A stretch of 64,000 nt of DNA from Cladosporium halotolerans (taxonomy: Eukaryota): positions 62,001 to 126,000 of the forward strand of contig NW_027191496.1 in assembly GCF_011745625.1 (NCBI RefSeq). The letters are read 5' to 3'. Of this stretch, positions 11,640-23,555 are shown one piece after another. The first letter of the stretch is position 1; every line of letters begins with the position of its first letter. Both the position numbers and the translations under genes were made by a program. The notes below the pieces were generated by a model. The model was not told the DNA's origin, searched no databases, and was given only the letters and a program-made list of their open reading frames with translations.

Positions 11640-12342
11640 GCTGTCGGTGGGTGGTGAGGTGCTGCCTTGGAAGCAGCGCAAGCAAACGGCGGGCGCGGGC
11701 GGAAGGCTGCAGGCGTAGGAATAATAGCGACGAGGTGTAGTACCCAGGATGTCTGTAGGGCGACAAGCAAAGAACCACGGGACAAGAGTCTTGGGCAAAG
11801 TATACGGCAGGGCTGGGTGGAGCCGTACCTGGCGTTCAAGGTGAGGGTCGAAGGGAGTCTGCGGCGCTCCCATCCCAAGTCCCCGCCAGCGATGATGGCT
11901 GAGGCCGGCGTCAGCCTCGCGCCGTGGTGGGGGTCTGAAGCACAGCCACCGATGGGCCAGACTTCGGCAGAGTGGCGTATGCGATACGGTGCCTGATCAC
12001 TGCCTTAGGTATCGAGATATCCCACGTATTGTTACTCCATGTACAGACGCAATGCACGCATCGCCGTCACGCCCACTCGGCGCTTACTGCGTCCAATCGT
12101 CCGGTCTTGCTCATGCTTGTCTGCGGCCTACTGCAGCAATGCCGATGCCCACGTCGCGCTCGCTCTCTGCCGCTCGTCTGGCCCCACCGGCCTCAGCACA
12201 CCTCGCACAGCTCCCGAACAGCCCGAGCCCTGGCCCTGAATGCTCCGCGCCTCCACCATTCACAGCACGCGGCTTCTAATCCGCGAGTCACGGGACTCGT
12301 GTCCTCACCGCAGCCCAGCGAAGACATAACCCTCGCATACCA

Positions 12343-14418
12343 ATGGCCACCTCCTACTTTCCGGATCGCATCACATCGCCTCCGTCGTCCAACGCGGGCG
12401 GCTCGGCTCTGTCACCTCGCAGTCCGTCAACTCCGTCAGCTCTCAAGTCAAACGCCCTCCAAAACCGTATCACGTCCGTCCTTTCTGCCTCCTATGCAGA
12501 CCTTGAGATCAGGGATGCCTTGAACGTTTTCGACGAGCGCAATCTCACCAATAGCGCGGAAGCGCGTCGTAATCTCCGTCTGGATGTGCAGGAAGAACTC
12601 ATCCAATGCAATGGCGAGGTCGTCCAGGATTTCGGCCAGGTGGCCCAGCAGCTCAGACGAATTGGTGCTGCCATCTCAAGCCTGAACGATAGCTGTGCAG
12701 AAATGCGCAAGCACATCTCAGCTGCCAATCGCGAGACTGGCCCGATGCTTGACGAAGCCAAGGGAATTCTAGACGGCAAAGCCCAGGTCGAGGGGAAGAA
12801 GCAGCTTCTTGATGCCTTCAACGACCATTTCGTGCTGTCAGAAGCAGATCAGGCCACCCTCACCTCTAGTACCGAGCCAGTCAATGATGAGTTCTTCCGT
12901 GTCTTGACCTGTGTCAAGAAAATCCACCAGGACAGCCAGATCCTGCTTGGCTCAGAGAACCAACGGCTCGGTCTTGAGATCTTAGAACAAAGCTCCAAGC
13001 AAGTCAACGGTGCCTACCAAAAGCTCTACAGATGGGTTCAGCGAGAGTTCAAATCGCTTGATCTCGAAAACCCGCAGATTAGTGCCGGTATCAGACGAGC
13101 CCTTCGAGTGCTTGCCGAACGCCCGACACTTTTTCAAAACTGCCTGGATTTCTTCGCCGAGGCGCGCGAGAACGTGCTTTCAAACAATTTCTATGCTGCT
13201 CTCACCGGTGCACCTGTCGACCAGGACCATCCAGTCATGGGAAAAGCTATCGAGCTGTCCGCCCACGACCCTCTGCGCTACGTTGGCGACATGCTCGCTT
13301 GGGCACACTCGGCCACTGTCTCCGAACGCGAAGCCCTCGAGGTTCTCTTCATTGCAGACGGCGATGAGATCGCCAAGTCCATCCGCGCCGGAATCGAAAG
13401 CGAACCCTGGACACGCCCCGACGACGACTTTGAGGAAACGCCCGTATTCGACGGCAAGCGATCCCTCAACCAGCTCGTCGACCGCGACCTGGCCGGCGTC
13501 TTCCGCCAACTCAAACAGCGCATCGAGCAAGTCGTCCAATCCCACCAAGACGCCACCCTCGCCTACCGCATCTCCAACCTCCTTACCTTCTACACGACAA
13601 TCTTCAGCGCCCTCCTCTCCCCCTCCTCCGCCCTCCTCGCCACCCTCTCCCCGCTCGCGGACTCCGCCCTTCGCGCCTTCAAAACCTCCACCCGCGACCA
13701 CCTCGCCTCCCTCCAAACCTCCACCCACCCAATCTCGCCCACTGACCTCGCCCCTCCCGACTTCCTCACCGACGCCCTCGCCACTCTCCGCACCCTCATG
13801 ACCTCCTTCGAAACCTCCCACACCACCACAAGCCCAACAACAGCCTTCGACCCCATCCTCGACGAAGCCCTGCGCCCCTACCTCGCCGGCTGCGCCTCCC
13901 TCTCCCGCACCCTGCCCTCCCCGCACGCGCAGATATTCTCCCTCAACTGCGCCATCGCCGCCCTCGCAACCCTCGCCCCGCACGCCACCACCCTCGCCGC
14001 CGCGCCCGTCGAGCATCTCCGCGCCGAAATCGAGTCCCACACGTCCGCGCTCAAAGACGCGACCTTCGACTTCCTGCTCTCGTCTTCTGGCCTGGCGCCC
14101 TTGCTCCCCATCCAAGATTTCCGCGACAAAAGGGACGAGTTGGCGGCCGCGGCGCGCAAACTGGACGTTTTCCTGCCGACTGCGACGGAGGACGCGAGGG
14201 GGTTTCTGGGGCAGGTGGGGGATCGCGGCGTCGTGAGAAGTGTGGTGGAGGAGGCGGCGGAGAGGTTTTGCGGGGTGTTTGAGGGGGTTGAGGGGAGGGT
14301 TTTGGAGGGGGATGAGATGGCGGAGGGTGATGGGGAGGAGGACGGGGAGGAGGAAGGGATGAGGTTGAGGGAAGTGTTTCCGAGGACGGGCGGGGAGATT
14401 AGGGTGCTGCTTAGTTAG
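12343..14418 (+). CDS. COG6: Conserved oligomeric Golgi complex subunit 6
   Basis: 691-aa intronless ORF with Cog6 motifs VLSASYADLEIRDAL, ARRNLRLDVQ and PVMGKAIELSAHDPLRYVGDMLAWAHS. Confidence 0.92.
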   Translation: MATSYFPDRITSPPSSNAGGSALSPRSPSTPSALKSNALQNRITSVLSASYADLEIRDALNVFDERNLTNSAEARRNLRLDVQEELIQCNGEVVQDFGQVAQQLRRIGAAISSLNDSCAEMRKHISAANRETGPMLDEAKGILDGKAQVEGKKQLLDAFNDHFVLSEADQATLTSSTEPVNDEFFRVLTCVKKIHQDSQILLGSENQRLGLEILEQSSKQVNGAYQKLYRWVQREFKSLDLENPQISAGIRRALRVLAERPTLFQNCLDFFAEARENVLSNNFYAALTGAPVDQDHPVMGKAIELSAHDPLRYVGDMLAWAHSATVSEREALEVLFIADGDEIAKSIRAGIESEPWTRPDDDFEETPVFDGKRSLNQLVDRDLAGVFRQLKQRIEQVVQSHQDATLAYRISNLLTFYTTIFSALLSPSSALLATLSPLADSALRAFKTSTRDHLASLQTSTHPISPTDLAPPDFLTDALATLRTLMTSFETSHTTTSPTTAFDPILDEALRPYLAGCASLSRTLPSPHAQIFSLNCAIAALATLAPHATTLAAAPVEHLRAEIESHTSALKDATFDFLLSSSGLAPLLPIQDFRDKRDELAAAARKLDVFLPTATEDARGFLGQVGDRGVVRSVVEEAAERFCGVFEGVEGRVLEGDEMAEGDGEEDGEEEGMRLREVFPRTGGEIRVLLS

Positions 14419-14802
14419 AAGAGTCGTATTTCCGTGGGTGAAGGCTCCGATAGAGATAAAAAGTCAGAGGACAGGAAAATTGATCAAAGAATTGCTCCGC
14501 TGGCGACCGAATGTGTATCTTTGTAAAGAACATCCTCCACCTTCGTCCAAACTCCGTCGGCCGAAATCCGATGCGGCCGCATTCTGTATTCCACAAGCCA
14601 TGATCTACTCCGTCGCCCCATCAATCCCACCCCTTCCTCCCTTCCCCTCCCGATCATACAATTCATGAATGCAACATAATAAGTCTCGGACCTTAACCCA
14701 AAGATGAACTCCCGAGCGCCCAACCAACCAATCCATAATCCGTATTTCTCGTAGTCCAGTCCGATGCGAAGAACAAAAAAAAAGACAGACGAAAGCCTCA
14801 AC

Positions 14803-16126
14803 TCACGACCTAACCTGCGCCTGCGCCTGCTGCGCCCCCATCCCTGCAGAAGACTGCTGCGACGGCGGCGTGAGCGCGGCGGTCGAGTCCGGCAGGTTCC
14901 CGATGGCTTTCACGAGCCAGGCCTTCTCGTCGTTGAACTGGTCGTCGTCGGTGCGGTCTGCGAGGAAGTTGGGCAGGAATTTGAGGAGCCGCTGCTTGTT
15001 CATGATGAGGAACTTCTGCACTTCGTAGGATTTGTTGGGGTTGGCGGCGAAGATCTGTTGGGAGAGGTGTTAGTGGGCTGGAGGTTCGGATTGGAGGGAG
15101 GAATGTTTTACCTTGAAGACGTGGAATCCCTCGTACTGCACCATCCGCCTGTCGTCTTTCAGCTGCCACATGATGAGCTTGAGGTTGTCGCCCGAGTCGA
15201 CGTAGCGCGTCATGACCTCGTAGAACTGACGGTCGAGCAGGACCTCGCCCAACAACTTGATGCTCTGGCGCTTTGTGACGTAACTCTCCGATCTTATCAG
15301 GACGTCGTTGTAGCGCTCGAAGAACAAGTCGAAGTTCGTGCCGATGTATTGCGCCACCAGCGGCTTGTGCTTCGTCAGCAGCAGGCGGAAGGTGTCGAAG
15401 GCGTCCGCGCTGACTTCGAAGGAGGACTTGTCGATCCAGCCGAAGAAGGACCAGAAGACCCCGCGGCCGGACGCCGGGGCGGACGTGTCGACGTCGTTGT
15501 AGATGTCGACCGTCTTACCGTCCGGCAGCGGCTCGTCGTATAGGATGACGGCGGCGACGGCGTCCCACTTGAGGGCCTCCTTCAGGATGCCGCCGCAGGG
15601 GCTGGCGCTCTCGCGACGCTCGTAGCCCTTGCACAGCGCGATGATGATCTCGGGCTGCTTCCGGATGACCTCACGCAGGGCGTCGGGCTCGCTGGACGTG
15701 CTGCCGGGGCTGCGGAAGCGGAAGACGTTGGAGATGATGGTCTGCGTGTCCTTGCGGGCCTCGAAGGGCAGGCGGTGGATGTGGTCGACGAGCAGCGGCA
15801 GCAGGCCCTCGGCGAGGATGGCGGACACGAGCGCGAAGACGGTTTGCTGGTCGGCTTCGACCTCGGGTGTACCTTGCAGTGTGACTTTGACCAGCGAGAT
15901 GTGCTTGGCTAGTTCCTCCTCGTTCTGTAGTGCGAGCAATTGTTACCCTCGTGCTCTGATTGTGCCCCTCTCTCTTTGCTTCCGTGTTGGTGATGTTTCC
16001 TTACCTTTGCAGTCTGTCCATCCGGCCCCACGAATTTGCTCAAAACATCCTTCGTCGTCCGTACCATATCCTGCGCCGTCTTNNNNNNNNNNTCTTCTGC
16101 TTGCTCTTCCCGAATAGGAACGACAT
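14803..16126 (-). CDS. hymA: Mo25/HymA (RAM/MOR network) protein; exons 16126-16005 (spanning N gap), 15924-15112, 15054-14803
   Basis: Motifs LPFEARKDTQTI, FEVSADAFDTF, YVTKRQSIKLLGEVLLDR, YEGFHVFKIFAANPNK, DDQFNDEK. Two GT-AG introns. Confidence 0.93.
16083..16092. other. Assembly gap (10 N) inside hymA exon 1
   Basis: Run of ten N seen directly, with TCTT on both sides. Confidence 0.99.
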
Positions 16127-17411
16127 AGTGCCGCGAGCGTGAGCGTGAGCGCTCGGCTCAAGCTCGAGATCCGCAAGAGCACTGTTATCCAGGCGGTGAG
16201 CGGTCGTACCCCGAGCGGGAAGCGATCCAGGTGGCCAGAAATACAAAAAGTGGGAGAGGAAATGCAAAAGGGAAACGGAGAGGTCTCGATCGCAGCAAAG
16301 CGTACCGAGTGTATGGACGTGCTGCTGCACTGATTAAGTCCGAGAGTTCGTCCCTGCAGGCTCAACCCTGAAGTCAGCCCCGCATAGCAACAACACAAAC
16401 AAGACGATCATCACAAAGCAAGACTTTTCCAATCTCCATGGTCAAGTAAGACGGCATTTTCCTTCCGTAGAAATGACCATGGCGTGAGAGTACAGGAAGT
16501 TACTGACAATCTTGTAATTCATTCACTTCCTGCATTATCAATCGCGTCTCTACCACTAATGTTAGTTACAGTACATGCATTTCCATTGCAGAAGCTCCAC
16601 CTTCAATCTAGAACAACGTCATTGCGACTGAGCATTGATAAATTACGATTCCAGGAGCCTGCAATCTACTAAGATTCATCTCCGTGATCGGCACTAACCA
16701 TGAGGTTAGGCTACCCAGCTCTCACATTTCAGGCTTCTTCAGCTTAGGCAGTGAGTCCGTGGTGCTTCGGCTTTCAAGTAGGATCATCAACGTAGCAGTC
16801 GTGCCCATGACAGGTGATAATACCACGATCACCCATGGTCACCAAGAGACACGAAATTAATCAAAGACCAAAGGTCTGAAACTTATTTTTGAGGTCAAAG
16901 TCATTGGAAAGACTGTCCCAAAAAGGCTCTATCTGCCCCAAAAAGTAAGGCAGCGCCCCGAAAGCCGCCAGCGACAACCGAAATGCCCCTGACAGAGCCC
17001 CAAACGGAAGAAGGCAAGCCAAAATCACTGTGAAAGAGTTTAAAGAGGTATCGAGAAGAAGAAGCAGAAGAAGTGAAAAGGTAAAGCCCGACGTAGAGAA
17101 GAGAAGAGACCCTGGATAAAAACAACAAGCAGACAAACAGAGAAACTCCCACCCGCTATGCCTCGTGTATATAATGTAGTCAAAAAACTGCAAAACAACT
17201 CCAAAAACGAGGGAAAAAAAGAGAGACAGCCAAGCGCCCCTCTCCTGATATCTATGCCGCTCCCCCTAAGTATACTTTTGTCGATCCTTTTGACAAAGGC
17301 GACGAGAGACAGTCGCGCGAAGGAAAGTGCGAGGTGCCAGTCGCGGCTGAGAATGCAGCAACGTGTTTCTTTTTTGGTATCACGTCAACCTCAACCGCGT
17401 AACGCCACCCC

Positions 17412-20400
17412 CTACCTCTTCCTCCGCATAAACGCATGCGGCTTGCTCGGGTCCGAAGGGTCCATGAACGTCATGAGCACGGTGCTGAGCTCCTTGAAGT
17501 CGACTGGCTTGGTGATGTAGCTGTTGAAACCCGCGTCGACGCACTTCTGGTAGACATCGCCGAGGACGTTGGCGGAGAGCGCGATTATAGGCTGGTGTTG
17601 CTGGGCGGTGCGCTTCTCCCAGCGCCGGATTTCCTTGCAGGTCTGGTAGCCGTCTTTGTTGGGCATGTGCAGGTCGCACTGTGGATAGGGAGGTTACTCA
17701 TCTGCTCGAGGGGGGGTTGGGTGTTAGGGACGGGAAGGGCTTACAAGAATGATGGAGTAGTACCCCTGGGGCTTCGCGAAAACCTTGTCCGTGCACTGCA
17801 CGCCGTCCATGACCGTCTCGACTTGGATGCCGACCTTGCTGAAGAACTTCAAGATAACCATCTGGTTAACCCTGTTGTCCTCGACGAGCAAGACGCGCTT
17901 GTCTTTCTTGCTCAGGCGCTTGGAAAGCTCCTCGAAGACCTGCTTCTGGTTGGCGGCGACCTGCTGCGCGCTGTCCTGGTTGCGGTCAGTGCTCATCTCG
18001 CGGCCGCGCTGCGGGTCGAAGATGACGGCGAAGCGCGAGGGCTTCAACGGCTTGAAGACGAAGAGCAGGCGGCGCTCGGCCTCAAGGGATTTGTAGTCGT
18101 ATTCCCGCGCCTCTTCGATGATCTTGCGCTTCTGCGCGAGGTCGGTGATGATGACGACCGTGGAGGCCGAGTGGGCGGGCGTCGAAAGGACTTGGCTGAT
18201 CAGGGTGATGATCTCTTGCACGTCCTGCAGGACGAGAACTACATGGCTGAAGACGACAGGGCTTGTTCCGCCAACCATCTTCTGGGCTTCCGCCAGACTC
18301 TCCTTTGCTGTGATCTGATGCGGGATATTGCTCGGCAGCGTCTTTTCGATATGCTGCACGGTGGCTTGTCGACTGTAGCGCAGAGGCGCCACGACCAGAA
18401 TCGAGAACATCGGCGGCGGTGTAGTGGTAGTCGGCGGAGAGACGACTGGCTGTAAGGACACACCAGCAGCCATCCGAGTCTTGTTAGAATCAACCGATTC
18501 AGGCGACAAAGGAGTCTCAGCTGCAGGAGACCCGCTGGACGGCATATTCAACTTCATAGCCGTGGTGGCAGGCACAGTCGAGTCCGGCACGAAAGACGAC
18601 ACCGAGGATCGTTCCGAACGCGAGCTCGCAGATTTCGCAGCAGCTGACAGCTCCGAGCCAGCAGACGAGACCGTCGGCGAACCCTTTCCATAGTCTGGGG
18701 CAACGAATGGCACAGTGGAAGCACTCTGGCCTTGGATCGGCTTGGGTGACTGTCTAGCCTGCGGGTCTGCCACGCCTGAGATAGAAGGCACCTTTGCGAG
18801 CTTGGACTCTTTCGTCGGCCCAAGTTCCGGAGTCGCACCAGGGGTGGAAGCGACGCTGGCCACCATGGGAAAGATGGGAATGCTCGGGACGCCAGGCGTC
18901 GGCGGCGGAAGTGGAGGCTGGTCGTCGCGCGATGGCAAGGCCGTCTTGATGTAGAACGTGAAAGTCGAGCCTTTGTTGGGGACACCGGTGGCACTCATGT
19001 CTCCACCGTGCAAATGGGCGAGTTGGCGTGAAATGACCAGTCCAAGACCGGTGCCACCATGCTGGCGAGTGCTGCTACCATCGATTTGACTGAAGCGTTT
19101 GAAAAGAGCCTCAGCCTCCCTGTCGGTGAAGCCGCGTCCCGTGTCGGTGATCTGAAACTTGATGAACATTTCCGTCTTCGAAAGCTCGTGATCCACATCT
19201 TCTTTCACGCTACAGTGAACGAAGACCTCGCCCTCCTGCGTGAACTTGATCGCGTTACCGACGACATTAAGCAGAATCTGGCGAAGGCGGAAACGATCGC
19301 CCTTGAACTGGGTTGGCACATCTTCATCGACGACGTAATTGAGTTCGAGCCCTTTGTCAATCGCCATAGTCGAAGTGAGATCGTTGACCTCTTCGATGAG
19401 GGCACGGACATACATCCAGTCCATGTTGAGCTGAATCATGCCCGCCTCTGCCTTGGACAGGTCAAGAATGTCGTTGATCAGCCCGCGTAAGCCTTCAGTA
19501 CTAGCTCTGATGATGCTGACGTGCTCCATTTGCTCAGGCGACAAGTTGCTGTCGATCAAAAAGTTGACCATGCCCGTGATACCGTTCAGCGGCGTGCGAA
19601 TCTCGTGCGACATATTGCTCAAGAACCTGGACTTCTCATCCATAGTCTCCTTCAAGTCCCGCTCGAGAGTCTTGTGGTCGTTGATGTCGGTGCAAGTCCC
19701 GTACCAAGTCTCCTCTTCATTACCAGCCTGCAGGAGAGGCTCAGCCAGAAGAATGCGCACAAGGTGCCACCTGTATTCCCCGTCCTTCGATCTCAGGCGG
19801 ACCTCAGTCGAGTAAGAAGGTCTTCCATCAGCGTCGCGTGTCACCTTGAGGATACCCGTACTCGCCAGTTCCGAAAGCTTGCGCTGCGGCATTTGGTTCG
19901 ATGGAGGCGAGTTTTCCAACATAGAGCCCCTCTCCGTATCCGATGAGCCGCTCGAAGACTCCAGAGACATAGACTTTGACCTGCGAGGCTCGGGTGGCAT
20001 CGACGTCGGCACGTTAGTCGGCTGGTTCGATCCGTCTTCGAAGGTCGGCAGTCTGCACTTAGCCAGGTCCTCGGGGTGTACGTGGTCCATAAAACCGACG
20101 CCGAGAGCCTGCGCCTCGGTTTGACCGGAGTAGCCGATCCACTGCGAGTTGCAGAACGTGACGCCTTTGGACCTACCGACTGCGAACACGATTTGGGGGC
20201 TTGAGTTCGCCAGAGCACGGTACTTGGCTTCGCTTGCCGCGGTCTCTTGCTGGCGGGCCAGGTTCAGCTCCGCCATATGTTGCTCGTGAAAGTCCATGTT
20301 AGTGCCGATCCAGTGCACGATGTTCTGACGCTTGTCCTTCAGGGGCGCCGCTCGGACGTAGAACCAGCGATAGTTGCGGTCGAACCGCTGCAGCCGGACC

Positions 20401-23400
20401 TTTTGCTGCAGCTGCTGTCCTGTTCGTAGCGATCGCGTCCAGGTCTCCATATACTCCTGCCTATCCTCCGGATGAATTGCTTGCCATGGCTCGCTAAGCA
20501 CCTGCCGAGAGTCCTGTCCCCTGTAGATCAAGAACTTGGAATTCACCCAAGTCAACTTCCCAGTCTCGGGCTCTGCAGTGAAAATCTGCACCGGTAATGA
20601 ATCGATGATCGTGCGCAGCAGACGCTCGGAGGGCGGAGGCATTTCATCCGAGTACGAAGATTTTCTGGCATGTCCGGGAGAAACTGGCGGCTTTGGCTCA
20701 CCACCAGGCGTTACAGCGGTGATCGCCGAGAACGAAGATTGGAAATCGGCACCGTAGGAGTGCAGGAAAGAATGGTGTTTGTCGGAGCCTGCGGGTCCTT
20801 GTGAGATTGTATGGCGGAAAGCCGGACGATGAGATGGCGTGAAGCTCTCGTTCTGTTTGCCAGATGTCTTCTGCCCATCCAATGGACGCCTTGGCGAACT
20901 CTCTTCCCTCAGTGACGAGCTTGTGCGAAGTTTGTGGTCGGTACGAGAAGGATCCGAATCCGTTTGCGATTTGACCTCCTGGCTTGGCCCTTTCCTACTG
21001 GCCGCACGGACTGGAGTCGTCTGAGCTGATATGCCTACGCTGCTGCCAGGTCGATGATGGCCACGCTTCTTTGCATCGAAATAGTTGTCCACCATATCTG
21101 TGCCGCTGACGGCAGGTGTACCTGCGACGGATCTACTTGCTGTCCATCCATGCGCCGCGGGATCCCAACCAGGAGTTCCAGCAATGGAGCTGCCAGGGCT
21201 ATGTCTCGATCGTCCAGAGTAGTCAGAAGGACTCGTCATGCTGCCGCCGAGCGATCCTGGAGGATCTTCGAAATCCGCATTCACGATGTCGTCGAGGGTC
21301 GTCGGCTCTATTGTCATTGGCGCATTCACCATGTTACGTCCAGAAGCTGATCTCCTATGACGGATGCTCATGCCTGAGACAGTACCAGCAGAGAATGCCT
21401 GAGCGATCGAAAGCGATGTAGCCAAGTGAGGCCCCAAAAGCTTGAGAGACTGGATCAGATTACGAGGATACGGCACAGGAGTACCCAGTACCGAAAGCAC
21501 CGCAATAGGAGCTTTCCTGTTGGCGTCTAACGGTGACTGCTTTTCAGGGGAAGTTTTGGTCTTCGACTGCGAAAACCGAAGTGATTGCATTGGCTGTGAA
21601 AGAGTTGGATGGACCAGCGGCACGTGAAGTACGGTGCTTGCCCTGTCAACGCCTATTGCCTCGACCTGACCGTATGCCGTGTAATCTGATGGCGACGAAA
21701 CCGGATTGAACGAATCTTCGACCTGCTGTTCTTCACTCGCGAAGAACGGATTTTGCTCTTCATCCTGTTGGATTGCAGGCGATGGTGCAGGAGACTGCGT
21801 CCACGGTGAGGCGGGTTGTTGCTCATATTCTTCGTATTCACGCGATGCTTCGGCTGTATTCTCGACAGCTAACATGTGTCGATAGTTGCCGAACGTTCGT
21901 CCAAGCCGTGAAGCCTGCGTGATGGACTCAGGGGGTGGCTCACTTGGCGTGGCAGCGGTACTGGATGATTCATGCGCCGATGGATCAGGAATGTAGTCGC
22001 GCGTGACTGTGACGACTCTGCCTCGCTCCAAGACCCTATTCACTCCACCAGATTCGATCAAGGGATGGGATTCATGGTCCAGTGCTCGCAAAACCGGGAA
22101 GACAGCAGCATACGGCCCGGTGTCTCCACTGTCCGCGTCAGTGCTGAACTCCAAGTCTCCTAGGGAGCCGTTCCTTATGCTAGAAGCAGAAGGCATCCTC
22201 TTCTTAGGTAATCTCTCAGGGACTGTAGCAGCGGGCGACCCCGGAGCGTGGGTGAAAGACCGCTGGAGAATTGATGGTCTGCCGCTAGCCTTGACCTCGG
22301 CCCCCACATCCCTCCCATCGCGCGCCTGGCCAGCATAGGAGTGTCGCGCTTCGAGCCGGGGTCGCAGGCGTTCTGGATGCAGCTTTTGTGGTCGCACGTC
22401 ACTGACTGCTTCTGTCGAAGGCTCACGGAATGTAAACTGCGGGCGATCACCTTGCATTGCGGACTCGTTGCTGGAAGCAGAGGAAGAGAATTCCTCGGGT
22501 CCGTTCATGCTGAAAGTGGCCTTTTGGCCCCAAGGTACATTTTCGATGTCGGTAGGGTCGGCGGGCATGGCCAACGTCACGCGCTCAGCCTTGAAATGGT
22601 CGTGCATAATATTCGTAACCGCCGCCCACCATGCCTCTAAGCCTGGCTCCGCGCTCAGCTGGAGGACAAGATCGTACACATTCGGGGTAGGGAATCGGGG
22701 ATCTTCGGCAATTTGAGGCTGAAAACCAGGTGGCGCAAACATTGTGGGCGTGGCAGAAGGGGTACTTCCTCCTGACGTCAGACCAGTACTGCTGGCTCCA
22801 GGCGTTTCCGTATCAGAGCGAAAATGGCTGGTGGTCGTAGGCGATAACGTTGTGAATGGTTGATGAAAGCTCGAAGACCATGCGCGTGGCGTTCCAGGCA
22901 CGTACGGAAAAGGGTATGAAGGCGTACGTATGGGCATGTTGTTGACAGCAGGCGTGGCGGGCATGCTCCCACGGACAGTCTTTGCCGACTCTGTTGATTC
23001 AGTGGAAGTAGTTGTCATGACAGAGTGTGTGGACGAGGCGGTTGATAGGGGCCGGGGTTGTTGATCTGATTTCTCTCTCAGCGTCGAAGGGCGTTTGTTA
23101 TCGTGGCTGGTCCGCATACGCTGTTGGAGCAACAACTTGGCGTTGACTGCATCCTTCAATTTAGCAAGCGTCTCCTCGTCGGGGCTCGGGACGGGAGATT
23201 TGCCTTTGGCCGTGTCGACGCCCGTCGTCGTAGACTCTGCACGTGTGAGACCAGGATCTTCGGGATCATAGCTCATCGTCGGTGCTGCTGTCTCTCCCGC
23301 GGCCGCGGCCGTGCGCGTGTTGTTTCCCCCGGCGGCGTCATCATCCTTCTCGTCCTCTTGAGCCACGTTCGAAACGGTCGCGAGGGGCGAGCGAAGCAGC

Positions 23401-23555
23401 TGGGGACGCGCTGCCGCGATGGAGGAGGGCGCGGTGTTCTGCTCGACCGCAGATGGACGTGGTGGAAGCCTCGCGGGCGCGGTGTCGGCAGGCTCGCGTG
23501 CGGAGGAGGCATCCTTTCGCTCAGGCTGCTCCCCAGGAGGCACGGTCGGCTTCAT
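17412..23555 (-). CDS. Hybrid two-component histidine kinase with PAS/PAC domains (probably fungal group V, Mak1/HHK2-like); exons 23555-17745, 17678-17412
   Basis: Two PAS/PAC repeats (IHPEDRQ...YRWF, VHPEDL...GEYRWHL), H-box [16 protein letters not shown]-box [11 protein letters not shown]-boxes DTGRG and HGGTGLGL, and receiver LLVEDN...CDLHMP...YITKP completed by an intron (17744-17679). The group assignment and the start (first in-frame ATG) are inference. Confidence 0.92.
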
